Part shown: one piece after another, positions 41,024 through 56,039 of the stretch
Numbering within the stretch: position 1 is the first letter of the stretch
How the letters are laid out: each line of letters starts with the position of its first letter
From: Eledone cirrhosa
Lineage: Eukaryota
Reading direction: 5' to 3'
DNA length: 64,000 bases
Assembly (NCBI GenBank): GCA_964016885.1
Contig: OZ024756.1
Span: forward strand, 22,382,001-22,446,000
Notes under the pieces: model-generated
Database searches by the model: none
Told to the model about the DNA's origin: nothing
What the model saw: only the letters and a program-made list of their open reading frames with translations
Program-made: the position numbers and the translations under genes

Positions 41024-43410
41024 TTTCATGAAATGTGTTCCGGTTCCCTTTGCTGAGATGATACGCTGCCGATTAATGTATGCTTTTCAATATTTCACGG
41101 TCGATAAATAAAGTACTCAACAAAGATTATGTATTAACGGGGTTGTTATATTGACGGACATGATGTCTTGAGTTATCCCGTGGGACCAAATTATATCGGC
41201 TTTTATTTACCGTACATTTGGACGACATTTGTGGTGTGGAGACGGGATCATTAAGCTGGTGTGTGTCTTGGTGATGACCCGCCCATGTACTGATAACCAC
41301 CTCATGGTTGATATCATAATATAACCGATGGCACCTTCAGAATTTCACATATATAATATAGTGTATAATAAAAAAAACTCCGATCAGATCAGATTGGTGA
41401 TGCATATATAACAATATATTAAAAAGAAACTCCGATTAATTCAGTTTGGTGATGGCGAATAATTTTTATAGCACTGATGAATCCCTGTCTACGCCTTCGA
41501 TGAATGTATTGTTGATGAAACCAATTGGCACTCTCATGTGACAAAACAAAGATTGTGCATTATTTCGACGAGAAAACGTCTCGTAATGTGCCCCGTAACA
41601 ATAGAGCTCTCATTGCGTGCTATACAATATAGTTCCGGATCTAATAATATTATTCCATTCTCATAACGTTATGTTTTTTGCATATTATTAATTCTCGTTT
41701 ATATTGCTTTTATATTGCTGTAGTTTTACATTATTTTGTTGCCGGTTTTATTAATGTTGACGTTGTGTGGGATGAGGAGAGATAATAAACCTATCATTTA
41801 CATTTTTTCTCTATAAGATATTTTTTTTTTGATTTTGATTTTTGTTAAGATTATGGGGAATAAATAATTCATATAAGAATTGCATCAGCATCTGTGTGTG
41901 TATGTGTGTATGTGTGTATGTGCGTATGTGGGTATGTGGGTATGTGGGTATGAAATAGTCGGGCTGGACACCCGATCGCGCGGTTAAACCACTGGGAGTG
42001 AAGGACCCCTAGCCTTTGTCAGGGCATTCTTCTAGGAAAAGGCAACTCAGGAAACTGGTATAACTCCAGCATAAAACCTGCGGCTCAGTAGTTACCGATG
42101 ATGTTGATCTTTTCTTCTTTTCGGGTTATAGCTACTGTCGCTCAGAGAGTGGGATTGGCTCAGTGCACAGTCTTTCCTCACTTTAAAAAATATCTTCACG
42201 CACAGGCATTGCATGATAGAATTAATTAATAATTATTAATAATAGAATATCGTACAATGGCCATACTCGATAACGAGGGCGCAGCCATTATCATGTATGT
42301 ATGTGTGTGTGTATGTGTGTGTGTATGTGTGTGTGTATGTGTGTGAGTATGTGTGTGAGTATGTGTGTGAGTATGTGTGTGAGTATGTGGGTGAGTATGT
42401 GGGTGAGTAATTGGGTGAGTATGTGTGTGGGTATGTGGGTATGTGTGTTATGTGTGTGGGGGGCATGGGGGTGTGGGTGGGTGTGGCGGTGTTTGTATGT
42501 GACTGGATCTCCGTATGAATATTCTCGCATGTGTATGTGTGCGTCAAGGTACACACACATACACGCACACGCACACATTCATATATATATATATGCATCC
42601 ATACATATATATATACATACTTATATATGCATATACAGACACGCATATACTATATATACATACACACACACACACAGACAAATACATACACACGCATATA
42701 TATAAATACATACACACGCATATATATATTACATATGCGTTTGAGAGTTGAAAGAGAAAGAGGTGAGAGTAATTTAAAGAGAGATTAATAAATAGAGAGA
42801 GAGAGAGAGAGAGAGGGAGAAAGAGAAAGAAAGATAGAGAGAGAGAGAAAGAGAGAGAAAGAGAGAGGGAAAGAGCGATAGAGAGAGGGAGAGAGAGAAA
42901 GAGATAGAAAGAGGAGAAGGAGAGAGATAAAGAGAGAGAGAGCGAGCGAGCGAGTGATGGTCAACTTTATCATATTTGTGATTACAGACCAATCACCCCC
43001 ATTAATGGAATGTCAGATGAAAGACATTTTACTTTAATACGTGATGACTGCATATTGATCGCCTGTTATGCTACACTATCGGGAAATATTGTAAAGCATA
43101 TATAAGAAATAAGAGACTTTTGTCTGGGACATGTCATGTATAGTTTTGAGGCAGCATATTCACACTCGAACAAATCTCTCTCTATCTATCTATCTATCTA
43201 TCTATCTATTTATCTATCTCTCTCTCTCTATATATATATATATATAAACATACATACATATATACACCACAACAGAAGACCGACGCGATTTTGATTCCAG
43301 CTAGATCGATACATATCGAAACTTGAGCTGATCAATAGCGAAACGCGCGTCACTACTCTGTAAACGTAATTACTGCACAATAAATCGTCCTTTTTATTCT
43401 CTCTCTCTCA

Positions 43411-43449
<39 letters not shown>

Positions 43450-43491
43450 GCATGTGTGCGTATATATATATATGCACACGCATATGTGTGC

Positions 43492-43542
<51 letters not shown>

Positions 43543-44019
43543 TGTGTGTGTATGCATACATTCATAGCTGGGCTTTCAAAATGTTATTTTTTATTAAACA
43601 TACTGTATATCTTTAGATATACGAAATTCACGCACATACACACATTTTGTATATATATATCTATATATGCGATATATATATATGTGTCTGGGGTTGTATG
43701 TATATATTGTGTGTGTGCGTGTGTGTTTGTGTGTGTGAGTGTGTGAGATTGCGTTTGCGTGTGTGTGCGTGTGCGTGTGCGTGTGTGTACACAGCAGACT
43801 TTTACTCACTCACCTGTTCACTGTCTGTCTGTCAACTACCATTTGCAATTCACTGTTCAAACGAGACATTAGTAGAAGTCACGTATTGAATGTTACACCT
43901 CGATGAGGAACTGCGAAATTCGGAACCATTTGGTGGCGGAACAAAATACGTAAGTAACAGAGCAAATATTTAATTTCGATCTTCTACTACAGCTGTCAAA
44001 TATTGTTTCACATTACAGA

Positions 44020-44382
44020 CAGTGGATGGCAGTATTGGCAGTGCGTCAGACACCATACTTTGCAGCATAGAGTTATGGCCCTTTACGTCGTGAGTTCAAA
44101 TCCCGTCGGGATTAACTTTGTCTTTCATCCTTACGGAGTCGATAAAATAAAGTACCAGTAATGCTGGCCTTGTGCCATAAGTGGAAACAATTATATATAT
44201 ATTGGCAGTATCGGTAGAGCATCAGACACCATGCTTTGCAACACAAAGTTATGGCCCTTTATGTTCTGAGTTCAAATATCGCCGAGGTTAACTTTACATT
44301 TCATTTTTACGGTGTCGATAAAATAAAGTACCAGTAATGCAATGTGGTTATTGCTGGTCTTGTGCCAAAAGTAGAAACATTT
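44020..44382 (+). mobile_element. Two tandem SINE copies
   Basis: Heads at about 44020 and 44202. Confidence 0.8.
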
Positions 44383-44598
44383 ATGTTTCACATTATCAGA
44401 AAGCATTCGTCAGTCTCTGTATTATAATTGGGACGATAGAGACAAGAGAATCAATGACAGAGTTTTTCATTCCAGGAAATTAATTACACAGTGAAAAACG
44501 TACACAGCTATCAATATGACAGCCACCTTTCAAAGAGATGTAATATAGTTCCTAGTTTTTCCTTCATTAATCATTTGTCAAATTTGAAAAATCTAATG

Positions 44599-44631
<33 letters not shown>

Positions 44632-44650
44632 ATATATATATATATAATAT

Positions 44651-44975
44651 ATAAGATCAAAAGATGGTTAAATGAGTTCCATGTATTTTATTATGCGCAT
44701 TTCAAAAACAAATATCATCATGCAATAACATTTGTGTTTTCATCAGATAAAATAGGAGGACATGATATGAAGGTTAAAAACACTTGTGGATAGTGCAGTT
44801 TTAAATCAACATGTTGATTTAAAACTGCACTATCCACAAGTGTGTTTTAACCTTCATTTCATGTCTCCCTATTTTATCTGATGAAAACGCAAATGTTATT
44901 GCATGATGATATTTGTTTTTGAAATGCGCATAATAAAATACATAGAACTCTTTTAACCATCTTTTGATCTTATAT
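44651..44975. mobile_element. Family G palindromic element in (TA)n
   Basis: Arms of about 160 bp with a loopless axis at 44811/44812. Other copies at 45118-45277, 45693-46098, 53361-53527 and 32622-32738 (tail only). Confidence 0.7.
44870..44940 (+). ncRNA. Minimal type-I hammerhead ribozyme motif (family G)
   Basis: TATTTTAT-CTGATGA-long stem II-GAAA-TGCGCA-TA|ATAAAATA. Stem I is 8 bp, stem III is the palindrome ATGCGCAT, predicted cleavage after AUA at 44932. Mirror copy on the minus strand in the left arm. Confidence 0.75.
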
Positions 44976-45580
44976 ATTATTATATATATATATAGTTATG
45001 TGTATATATATATATATAGTTATATGTATATATATAGTTATATGTATATATATAGTTATATGTATATATATAGTTATATGTATATATATATATAGTTATA
45101 TGTATATATATATATACATGATGATATTTGTTTTTGAAATGCGCATAAAATACATGGAACTCATTTAACCATTTTTGATCTTATATATTATGTATACTCC
45201 AGTCCTACAAACTGTAGAGTGCTTCTTATCCGATATCTGCATTGCTTTATTGTACTACAATAAAACTCACCTCCTACATATATATATATGTAAGAATATT
45301 TTCGAAACAGCTAGTTGGTTTGACATTATTAGAAATGTAAGCTATCGCCGTATTTTGACTAAAGAAATTAAAGAAATTATTTAGCCTGATAGTGGGGTTA
45401 AGAACCCTCGAATAAATGGAAAAAGATGAGTATTGACGAACCCACCTATTTGGTTATCCGGACCACTGTGCTACCATTTACACCAACACATCGCTCGTCT
45501 TTTTCCATTCAAATTAGAAGCTATAAACTTAGCGACTGTAATGTCAAGTAAGAATATTTTCGAAACAACGAGTTGGTTTG

Positions 45581-46148
<568 letters not shown>

Positions 46149-46320
46149 TAGAAGGGGTATTTAATTTGTTGGAAGTCCGACAATTATAAATATTTATAAC
46201 TGATTTATAGTACTCAACAGTTTACTGGAGTAAATATTCAATATCATCCCACACAAATTCAAACGTACAGAGAGACACACTGCTATACACGCACACACAT
46301 ACGTAGATATAATTTTATAT

Positions 46321-46611
46321 AATGTGGAATCTAGGTTCACGAAATGTATTCGCTTCTGAAGGCAGTTCGACATAGGAAATGTTTGTAAACTGAAACTCGT
46401 TTTGTTATACGAAATATTCAGAGATATTGAGTGTGAGAGACAGATAGATGTCACCATATTAACTACACAGGAAATGATGTTTTCTCGGCGACACTCCCAG
46501 CTTCTCGTCAATCGTTTTTGCCGGCTTGCATGTTCTTTATCCGAAACACCGTTAGTCAACCGAGACGTTTTATGTTCGGAAAGATTGTTCGCGAACTGAG
46601 GTTCCACTGTA
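46321..46611. mobile_element. Tigger/pogo-like MITE
   Basis: The right end reads TA-CAGTGGAACCTCAGTTCGCGAAC on the minus strand; the left end GTGGAATCTAGGTTCACGAA is a degenerate match. Confidence 0.55.
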
Positions 46612-47407
46612 TGTATACACATTCATACGCGTGCACGCACACACAGACACACACACATACAAATACGTACACACACATACGTACACACACATACGTACAT
46701 GCGTACAAACATAAACACACACGCACACACATACGCACACACGCAAATATATATATTGTAGTTTAGAGATTATTCTATATTCGTACTAAAATGTTCATGA
46801 ACAGCGCTTGTCACCGAACTGATTTATCAATTTTAAGACACGCCGTTTATAACTAAATAAGATGAGTTAGTTGTCAAAGAAAAGATTCCACGAAAGAACT
46901 GAAAAATGTATAAATACTAAGTGTATATAAAAACGTGTTAGTGTGTTTGCACAAGTGTATGCCTCAATAATGGACGAAAGAGACTCACGAACAGACATCC
47001 GCACTCCCACACGAAAACAGAAAATCGCGCAGACATTTTTTTTTTTTTTTTTTTAAAGCTGGGATACAGTCCATTTCCTGTAATTTAGACAATATCTCAG
47101 TATACACATTTAACTATCGATTTTTCTATAAAAATATGCATAAGCGTATGTATGTGTATGAGTCTGTTTATCCAATTATGTCTGTTTCTATATATTTCCG
47201 ACTGCCATTTTGCACACACACGCATATATATATACATATATATACATATATATATATTTAAAGCAACAACTGTGTCTATCTAACCGTCTATTTTCTTCCT
47301 TATACATATTCATGATTAAATGAAAATACGTAGAGGCTCGAAACTGGTAAATAACAGATATACAATTATATATATATATATATATAGTAGTAATAATAAT
47401 AATAATG

Positions 47408-47580
47408 ATTTCTACTATAGTCACAAGGCCATCAATATCCCGGTGTATTACTGGTACTTTATTTTTTCGACCCTGTAAGGATGAAAGGCAAAGTTAACCT
47501 CGGCGGGATTTGAACTCATACCATAAAGGGACGTAACTATGCTGGAAAGAATGGCGTCCTACCCTAAACTGATACTGCCA
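47408..47580 (-). mobile_element. SINE copy
   Basis: Full body; the head abuts an AAT tract and the family K end. Confidence 0.8.
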
Positions 47581-47591
47581 AATAATGATAA

Positions 47592-47822
47592 TAAATGTGA
47601 AGACTAAAATACGAAGAGCGCTCGATAAGGATAATATATATATATAAAATATATAAAACCGTAGAGTAAATATTTATTAAAATAACAGATTAAAGTTTAA
47701 GCAAAGAATCGCTGCTTTCACTCTTAACGGGATCTTCATGAATGTGTGTACATACCTAGAGAAGATCTCGTTAAGGGTGAAAGCAGGGATTCTTTGCTTA
47801 AACTTTAAAGCTATTTTAATAT
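47592..47822 (-). mobile_element. Family K partly palindromic repeat
   Basis: Inverted arms about 47680-47737 / 47761-47822. The terminal block AAATGTGAAGACTAAAATCCGAAGAG recurs at about 53058 and 62322, and degenerately at 20120. Confidence 0.5.
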
Positions 47823-48184
47823 ATATATATTATATATATACGATATTAATAAATGGAAACTATATTTATAAAACCATATTTATTTCATTATACATATTTC
47901 AGGGATACCAAATTAAATTATGGTATGCTTTCATCAGACACAATACAATATATAACAGTTTTACAAATAAGCTTTGACGTACCCTTTTAAAATGCAACCA
48001 TTATTTTTTGGAAGCCATCTGGATAGTGAATTGTTTATATTATTTTAATAAGTCTTAGTGTTAAAGACAATTAGAATAAGACGGAGAGAAAGAAAAAAAG
48101 ACGGAGAGAGAGAAAAAAGAAATATTTACTTGTTGTATCCCAACAATTTTAAATAGAACTTTTGCATATATATATTCGCACATT

Positions 48185-48600
48185 AATTGCTGAGATGGTC
48201 GTGAGGCAGAATCCTCAATCAATCCTTCCAAATCAGAAGCAATCATTTCCAACTGATCCATCAATCACCAAGCGAGATCAGCCGAGCTCTTGGTTGTTAT
48301 CAAATCATAGTGCTCGGGGTCTACACATGGTCACCTGCCGGTTTGTTTTATCCGTAAAAAGCTGTTCAGCGGTTATTGCCCAAAACAATCTAACCACATG
48401 TCCATAGTATCGGAGATGTGATCACTCAATTTAGAGAATTAGCGTCTCTACCTGGACTTTCTTGTCTCTGAGCTACACACTTTATCGTGGAACCTTACTC
48501 GAAAGGCTTTTCGGAGGACCAATATTTCGGCCACTTGTATTCGCGATCGCATCTTTCGGTCATAACCCAAGATCTTGCCGCTTTGAAAACAAATTCCAAA
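48185..48600 (-). mobile_element. RTE-clade LINE fragment
   Basis: MRSRIQVAEILVLRKAFRVRFHDKVCSSETRKS, followed by sequence homologous to 62960-63650. Confidence 0.65.
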
Positions 48601-48620
48601 CTGTGTGGTGTGTGGTGTGT

Positions 48621-48690
<70 letters not shown>

Positions 48691-48735
48691 CACAAGCATG
48701 CTTGTTTGTGTATATATACATATATATATACATAT

Positions 48736-48779
<44 letters not shown>

Positions 48780-48780
<1 letters not shown>

Positions 48781-49051
48781 GGAAAAAGTATGACCCCGAC
48801 GGCAGAGCTCAAGCCGTTTTGACGGCTATTTCTGGACTAATACTTGTTTCTACTTTAGGCACAAGGCCAGTGCATTACTGGTACTTTATTTTATCGACCC
48901 CGTAAGGATGAAATGTAGTCCAGAAATAGCCGTCGAAACGGCTTGAGCTCTGCCGTCGGGGTCATACTTTTTCCTATTTCCCACTACTACCCTAAGTATT
49001 GAGTACTCTGGTGCGTTATGGTCCATCTGGTTCCTTACCACAATTCCTTTG

Positions 49052-49054
<3 letters not shown>
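48780..49054 (+). mobile_element. Family A element, palindromic, with a SINE fragment at the axis
   Basis: Inverted arms 48780-48840 / 48916-48978, separated by SINE 3' sequence (48845-48913). Confidence 0.65.
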
Positions 49055-49096
<42 letters not shown>

Positions 49097-49430
49097 AATG
49101 TCTATATATGTATATAAGTATGTATATATATGATATCATAAAAGTTCGTGATTTCTAGGTAATATTTAGAAATAAATCAATATTATACGCAGCATTATCA
49201 ATATTGGATTTTGAATTTCAAATAGGTGTGATCTTTTAAATGCTTTCTTCGACTTTTTGTTATTTTTAATAACGTTGAATTTCTTTGAGTTTTTGTTTTT
49301 TTTTGTAATATTTTTTATGAGTGGAGAAGGAAAATAATGCGTCTTTTTCACATTGGGAATATAATATATATTTAGTGATAGATTAACTAGAAAATATTGA
49401 TTGCATGCATATTAATATATGGAGACAAAC

Positions 49431-49478
<48 letters not shown>

Positions 49479-49584
49479 CATATGTGTGTGTGTGTGTGTG
49501 TGTGTATTTATGTTTGTGTGTGTATATATATATATACACATGTATATTCATACATATGTATGTATTACATATATATTACACACC

Positions 49585-49629
<45 letters not shown>

Positions 49630-49637
49630 CATTACAT

Positions 49638-49673
<36 letters not shown>

Positions 49674-49799
49674 TTCACATATTACACACACACAGATATA
49701 TATACATATTACACACACATATATATTGCACATATTGTACACACACACATATCACACACATATATATATTGCACATATTATACAGACACACACACACAC

Positions 49800-49860
<61 letters not shown>

Positions 49861-51914
49861 AGAGAGAGGAGTAAATCGATTATTGTCTTTGACTGCTGCA
49901 ATGTGAATTTTGATCAACTTGAAAGCAATGAAAATATAAAATACTAGGTTGGTTGCCTTTTAATGTAGACATTTTGGGGACGTAATTTATTTGTTTCTAC
50001 TTAATATACCCTATATATGTCTATTTATTCCTGGGGCATACGATAGCACCCATAAACGTTATTATTTCAGGGCTTTCCTTGTGCTGTAAGGAAGAAGTAA
50101 GCAGTTTTCACATCGTAGATCTGACCCAAATGCTTGCAATACAGTGAACTTGGCTAACGTCACGCAACATGCAGTTGTAGTGTTCTAGAGCGGGCAATGA
50201 ATTAACTTCACCCCACAGGAAATAAGAACGAAAGGCGACATTTCACCTCGAACTGATCTTTTATTTCTTCAACCCTAAGAGAATTAAAAACAAAATTAAC
50301 TTTGTCGAGATTTCAATTCTGACCTCAAAGCATTATAGTTTGTGAAAGATCTCATTCTTTACCTACCATATTTCCAGCGAAAACGACAATGTGTTTCAAA
50401 TAATTTTTAATATAACCGAGAATTTAGATGGATTCAGTAACATAACTAATTTTCTCATTATTAAGATTGTGTCTGGAACATGAATTAATAAAAGTTTCTT
50501 ATATAAAAGTATGAAGAAAATCGAAATTTAATAGAATGTAAAAGAAGAGGTTTGTTTTATAAGAAAATCATTCTCAAATTTAATGAAAACTAAAGATATA
50601 TTATGAGTCAGTGTAAGAAGTATGTATGACGTCAATTTACCTGCTAGAAATAATGATTCTGACTCCTCAAATCCCCTTCAACGGTAAAAAAAAATGCATG
50701 ATGATGATGTTCTTGATATGCATGCATGGTCCTGTAACACCTGACGAAGTCGTAGGACCACTGTATTGATATACGGAGTTTCTAGGGCATTGTTTTACAA
50801 CTGGCGGAGCCCATCCCTCTCCAGGTATGAATACAGTAGATTTCTTCCAGAGGAGGATAGATAGTGAGTGAAAGTAAGTGAGAAAGAGATATAGAGGAAG
50901 AATCGTCCCCAGTACTAGATTGGTACTTTTTTTTATTGATCTCGAAATGTTGAAAAGCAAAGTTGACTTCGGTGGGATTTGAACTCTGAGAGAAGAGAGC
51001 CGAAATGAATACCGCAAAGTATTCTATCCGATGTTCTAACGACCAATTCTTAGCCGGTTCTTGATATATCATAAAACCATATCTGTGATAATCTGGCTAT
51101 ATCTGTGATAATCTGTGTACACGAATTTAAACACCCGCAGCATAGAAATAGGTCTACACATTTTTGTATGGCGAGTATCATGGATTGACCGAAATACTTG
51201 ACTACTGTTTTATCTCATCGACTTCCAGCCAAATGCAATGTTATTTCCAAGTTGGGAAAGATTTAAAATCATAATATGACTAGCCGTAAAAGAGCTATGT
51301 GCTTGTCATAGAATTCTGGAACGATACAAAGGCGATTTACCGTTGCCATTTACATTTTTGGTTTTTGTAAAGAAAAAAAACATATCGTATCGTTTATAGC
51401 CAACTAGGTTAGATATCGAAAAAGAGAGATGCAGAATCGATTCCAGTACATGACAGGTAATTTATATACCAATGTCACGTACATGAAAGGCGACTATGAT
51501 CTTGGTGGCATTTGAACTCATAGCACATTGAACTGGAACAAATACCACAAAGCAATCTATCGGCCACTCCAACGACTCCACCAATCCACTGCTTGTGAAT
51601 TGAAATATCGCAAAGCATTTTGTTCGACACTCGAATAATTCTGACATTCTCTATTCTTCATCATATTAAGTATTGATTTCTAAAAAGAGGTACGAGGCCA
51701 GAAAATATGCGCGGAGGTTCAACAATTGATTATTTCTAGTCCAGTACTTGAGTGCTACTTCAGGTTGTCGGTATTGGAAACATGAAAAGCAAACGAGATT
51801 CTGACGTTATTCGAAATAAAAAATAAAAAACGCAAAAACGACGTTAGGAAAATCCACGAAGGATTTTGTCTGTTGTACAGCCTCTTCTTCATATCCAGCA
51901 CACTCTTGCTAATA

Positions 51915-52292
51915 GTTTCTTCTATAGGCACAAGACCAGCAATTTTGGGAGGAGGGGAAAGTCGATTAACTCGACCTCATTGCGTGACTGGTACTTTATT
52001 TTATCGACCCTGTGAGGATGAGAGGAAAAGTTAACTTCGGTGGGATTTGAACCCTGATCACAAAGAGCTGTAACTATGCTGCAAAGATGGCACCCAACCC
52101 TCTCCTGATTTTGCCAATCCACCAATCAAGGCCAGCAATTATATCCAGTGCATTACTGGTACTTTATTTTATCGACCTCGTGAGGATGAAAGGCAAAGTT
52201 AACCTCAGCGGGATTTGAACTCAGATCGTTCAGGGACGTAATTATGCTGGAAAGCATGGCATCCGACCCTCTACCGATACTGCCAATTTACC
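51915..52292 (-). mobile_element. Two tandem SINE copies
   Basis: Conserved body twice; degenerate relatives at about 50900-51050 and 51470-51590. Confidence 0.8.
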
Positions 52293-52475
52293 GTGTTTTC
52301 TGATTTAGGCACAAGGACAATGGTTTTAGGGACGGGAAATTCGATTAATTCGAACCCAGAAGTTAATAATAATAATAAATTATTTCATTAATACGAATGA
52401 GAATAATGAGTTATACTATTTTAATATACAATCTTAAGTAAAATAACAATAGTTATTGTAGTAGTAGTAATATTG

Positions 52476-52562
<87 letters not shown>

Positions 52563-53011
52563 ATAATAGTAGTAGTAGTAGTAGTAGTAGTTGTGTTAGT
52601 ATTAGTTCAGGTATTAAAAAAAAGCCGTAATGCAACGATCGATAAATGCTGTGCAAAATACAGTGGGTTAGTACAAATCATTAGACAAGTGTAGAGTTGC
52701 ATGCTACTGTCATTGTGTTAGTTTAATGTCGAACATACAGCAACAATAGTAACAACAGCAGCAAAGGCAGCTACTACAGAAGCAAGCACAAGCATAAAAA
52801 GCGATAGTTATGCATCTTACTATAGAATAGTGCATCAAACTAACTGCTGCATAGTAAACTACATAACGATTGTGTTGCATCTGCGTAATATATATATATA
52901 TATACACGATGGTAACACCTATTCAACATTGTTTTGTTCTATTATGTCACCCTATTATGCACATTTCGAAGGTATATTTTTGGGATACGCCAACAGTGAT
53001 CATCATAGTAA

Positions 53012-53053
<42 letters not shown>

Positions 53054-53098
53054 ATAATAAATGAGAAGACTAAAATCCGAAGAGGGCTCGATAAGTAT

Positions 53099-53132
<34 letters not shown>

Positions 53133-53273
53133 AACCAGTAAAGCAAATATTTATTATAAGAACAGATTAAAGTTTCAGCAAAGACTCGCTGCTTTTACCT
53201 TTAACGATTCTTCGCTTAAACTTCAATCTCTCCGTACTATATATATGTATATATATGTATATACATTCACACA

Positions 53274-53361
<88 letters not shown>

Positions 53362-53522
53362 AGAACAAAAGATGGTTAAAAGAGTTCCATGTATTTTATT
53401 ATACGCATTTCAAAAACAAATATCATCATGCAATAATATTTGTGTTTTCATCAGATAAAACAGGAAGACATGATATGAAGGTTAAAAAACACTTGTGGAT
53501 AGTACAGTTTTAAATCACCTCC

Positions 53523-53558
<36 letters not shown>

Positions 53559-54595
53559 CCCGTGCGCGTGTGCGTGCGCGTGTGCGTGCGCGTGTGCGTG
53601 TGTGCGAGTGTGTGCGTGCGTGCGTGTGTGTGCGAGTGCGTGTGTGTGTGTGCGTGTGTGTGTACGAATCTAAATCTAAATAATATTATCTAAACCTGGA
53701 TAATACAATTCTGTCTTCGTTTTGGCAGAGTAAATTAAATTTGTTGTAATTTGTGTTGATAAATGTCTCTCTGTTTCAGCTCATTTTAGTGTCTTGAGAT
53801 ATTATCAGATGGTCTGAAGAGATCAAGATATATAGACAACTAAGTGGCCTGAAAGCAAGATGATACAATTCGGAGTAGAATATCGTGTAGCACTTAACCC
53901 ATAGCGTCACCTATCCGACATCAAAAACCTAATTTGTCCACAAGTGTTTCTGTATGTATAACTGTTGTATAAGTTTCTGAATATTTTAGCGTTTATATCT
54001 ACGTGTTTATGTGCCTGTGTGTGAGCACTTGCGTGTATTGATGTGTATGGTGTGTTTATGTGTATGTGAGCGTGTGCATCTGGTGTGTGCGTGTAGATGT
54101 GTGTGTGTAAATGTGTGTGTGTAAATGTGTGTGTGTGTAAATGTGTATGTGTGTAAATGTGTGTGTGTAGATGTGTGTGTGTAGATGTGCGTGTGTAGAT
54201 GTGCGTGTGTAGATGTGCGTGTGTAGATGTGCGTGTGTAGATGTGCGTGTGTAGATGTGCGTGTGTAGATGTGCGTGTGTTTGTGTGTAGATGTGTTTGT
54301 AGATTCGTGTGTGTGTAGATGCGTGTGTGTGTAGATGCGTGTGTGTGTGTGTGTAGATGCGTGAGCGTGTGTAGATGCGTGTGCGTGTGTAGATGCGTGT
54401 GCGTGTGTAGCTGCGTGCGTAGATGCGTGCGTGTGTAGACGTGTATGTGTGTGTAGATGCGTGCGCGTGTAGATGCGTGCGCGTGTAGATGGGTGCGTGT
54501 GTAGAGACGTGTGTGCGTGTGTAGATGTGTAACAGTTTTTGCAGGTATATTCAATTGTACATAATTTGGATTTCATGTCTTGGTTTACTCGTAGA

Positions 54596-54686
<91 letters not shown>

Positions 54687-55140
54687 CCTAATATACATTT
54701 ACAAATACCTATAGATATATACATCAACTGTGCAAATACCTATAGATATATACATCTGTATACATCAACTGTGTTTAAATGTAATGTTTGTGTGTAGATG
54801 TGTGTGTGTGTAGATGTGTGTGTGTGTGTAAATGTGTGTGTGTAAATGTGTGTGTGGAAATGTGTGTGTGGAAATGTGTGTGTGGAAATATGTGTGTGTA
54901 AATGTGTGTGTAGGAATTAGTAAGACAGCCATTTGAAATTATAAAGGGATATATATGGTGACTGAGGCGGAATTGTTTGTAGAACCTAAAGTTCAAGTTG
55001 ACTTATAAAACTGTAAATTTATCTATTTTCAAATGTTTTGAAAATGATTTGTGGGCAATAAGGAATTCAATGTTTTTTCCTATTTAAATTTTGTCTATTC
55101 ACAAGCAAATTGTTACATATAACTTCTTATTTTATTTGTT

Positions 55141-55174
55141 CCCTGGATAAACACGACATACATAGAGAGAGAGG

Positions 55175-55219
<45 letters not shown>

Positions 55220-55279
55220 TCCCGATCACGGGAAGAAGCCATGCTGGATAAACACCACATACATAGAGAGAGAGGGGAA

Positions 55280-55318
<39 letters not shown>

Positions 55319-55378
55319 TCCCCATCACGGGAAGAAGTAATGCTGGATAAACACCACATACATAGAGAGAGAGGGAAA

Positions 55379-55417
<39 letters not shown>

Positions 55418-55480
55418 TCCCGATCACGGGAAGAAGTAATGCTGGATAAACACCACATACATAGAGAGAGAGGGGGAGAG
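55141..55480. repeat. Tandem repeat of about 100 bp (about 3.4 copies) containing (GA)n and a TTCCCG-ATCA-CGGGAA hairpin
   Basis: CTGGATAAACAC recurs at about 55143, 55244, 55343 and 55442. Confidence 0.85.
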
Positions 55481-56039
55481 AGAGAGAGACACAGAGAGAG
55501 AGAGACAGAGAGAGAGACAGAAAGAGGGGGAGAGAGAGACAGACAGAACGAGAGGGGGAGAGTGAGATAGAAAGAGAAAAGGTTGATTTAATCTACATAT
55601 ATTCGTAATAAAAAGCTAATTTTTTTTATATATATGAATACGTTAGATGCACCTCTGTGCGTGTGCGTGTTTATGTGCGTGTCAGTGTGCGTGTCAGTGT
55701 GTGCGTGTGCGTGTCAGTGTGTGCGTGTGAGTGAGTGTGCGTGTCAGTGTGTGAGTGAGTGTGCGTGTCAGTGTGTGAGTGAGTGTGCGTGTCAGTGTGT
55801 GAGTGTGTGCGTGTCAGTGTGTGAGTGTGTGCGTGTCAGTGAGTGAGTGTGTGCGTGTCAGTGTGTGAGTGTGTGCGTGTCAGTGTGTGAGTGTGTGCGT
55901 GTCAGTGAGTGAGTGTGTGCGTGTCAGTGAGTGTGTGCGTGTCAGTGAGGGTGTGCGTGTCAATGAGTGAGTGAGTGTGTGTGTGTGAGTGAGTGAGTGT
56001 GTGTGTGTGTGTGAGTGAGTGTGTGTAATAATAATAATG

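Noticed and set aside
53814-53875. CTGAAGA...GAAAG
   Set aside because: Stems II and III and the cleavage triplet do not pair convincingly.
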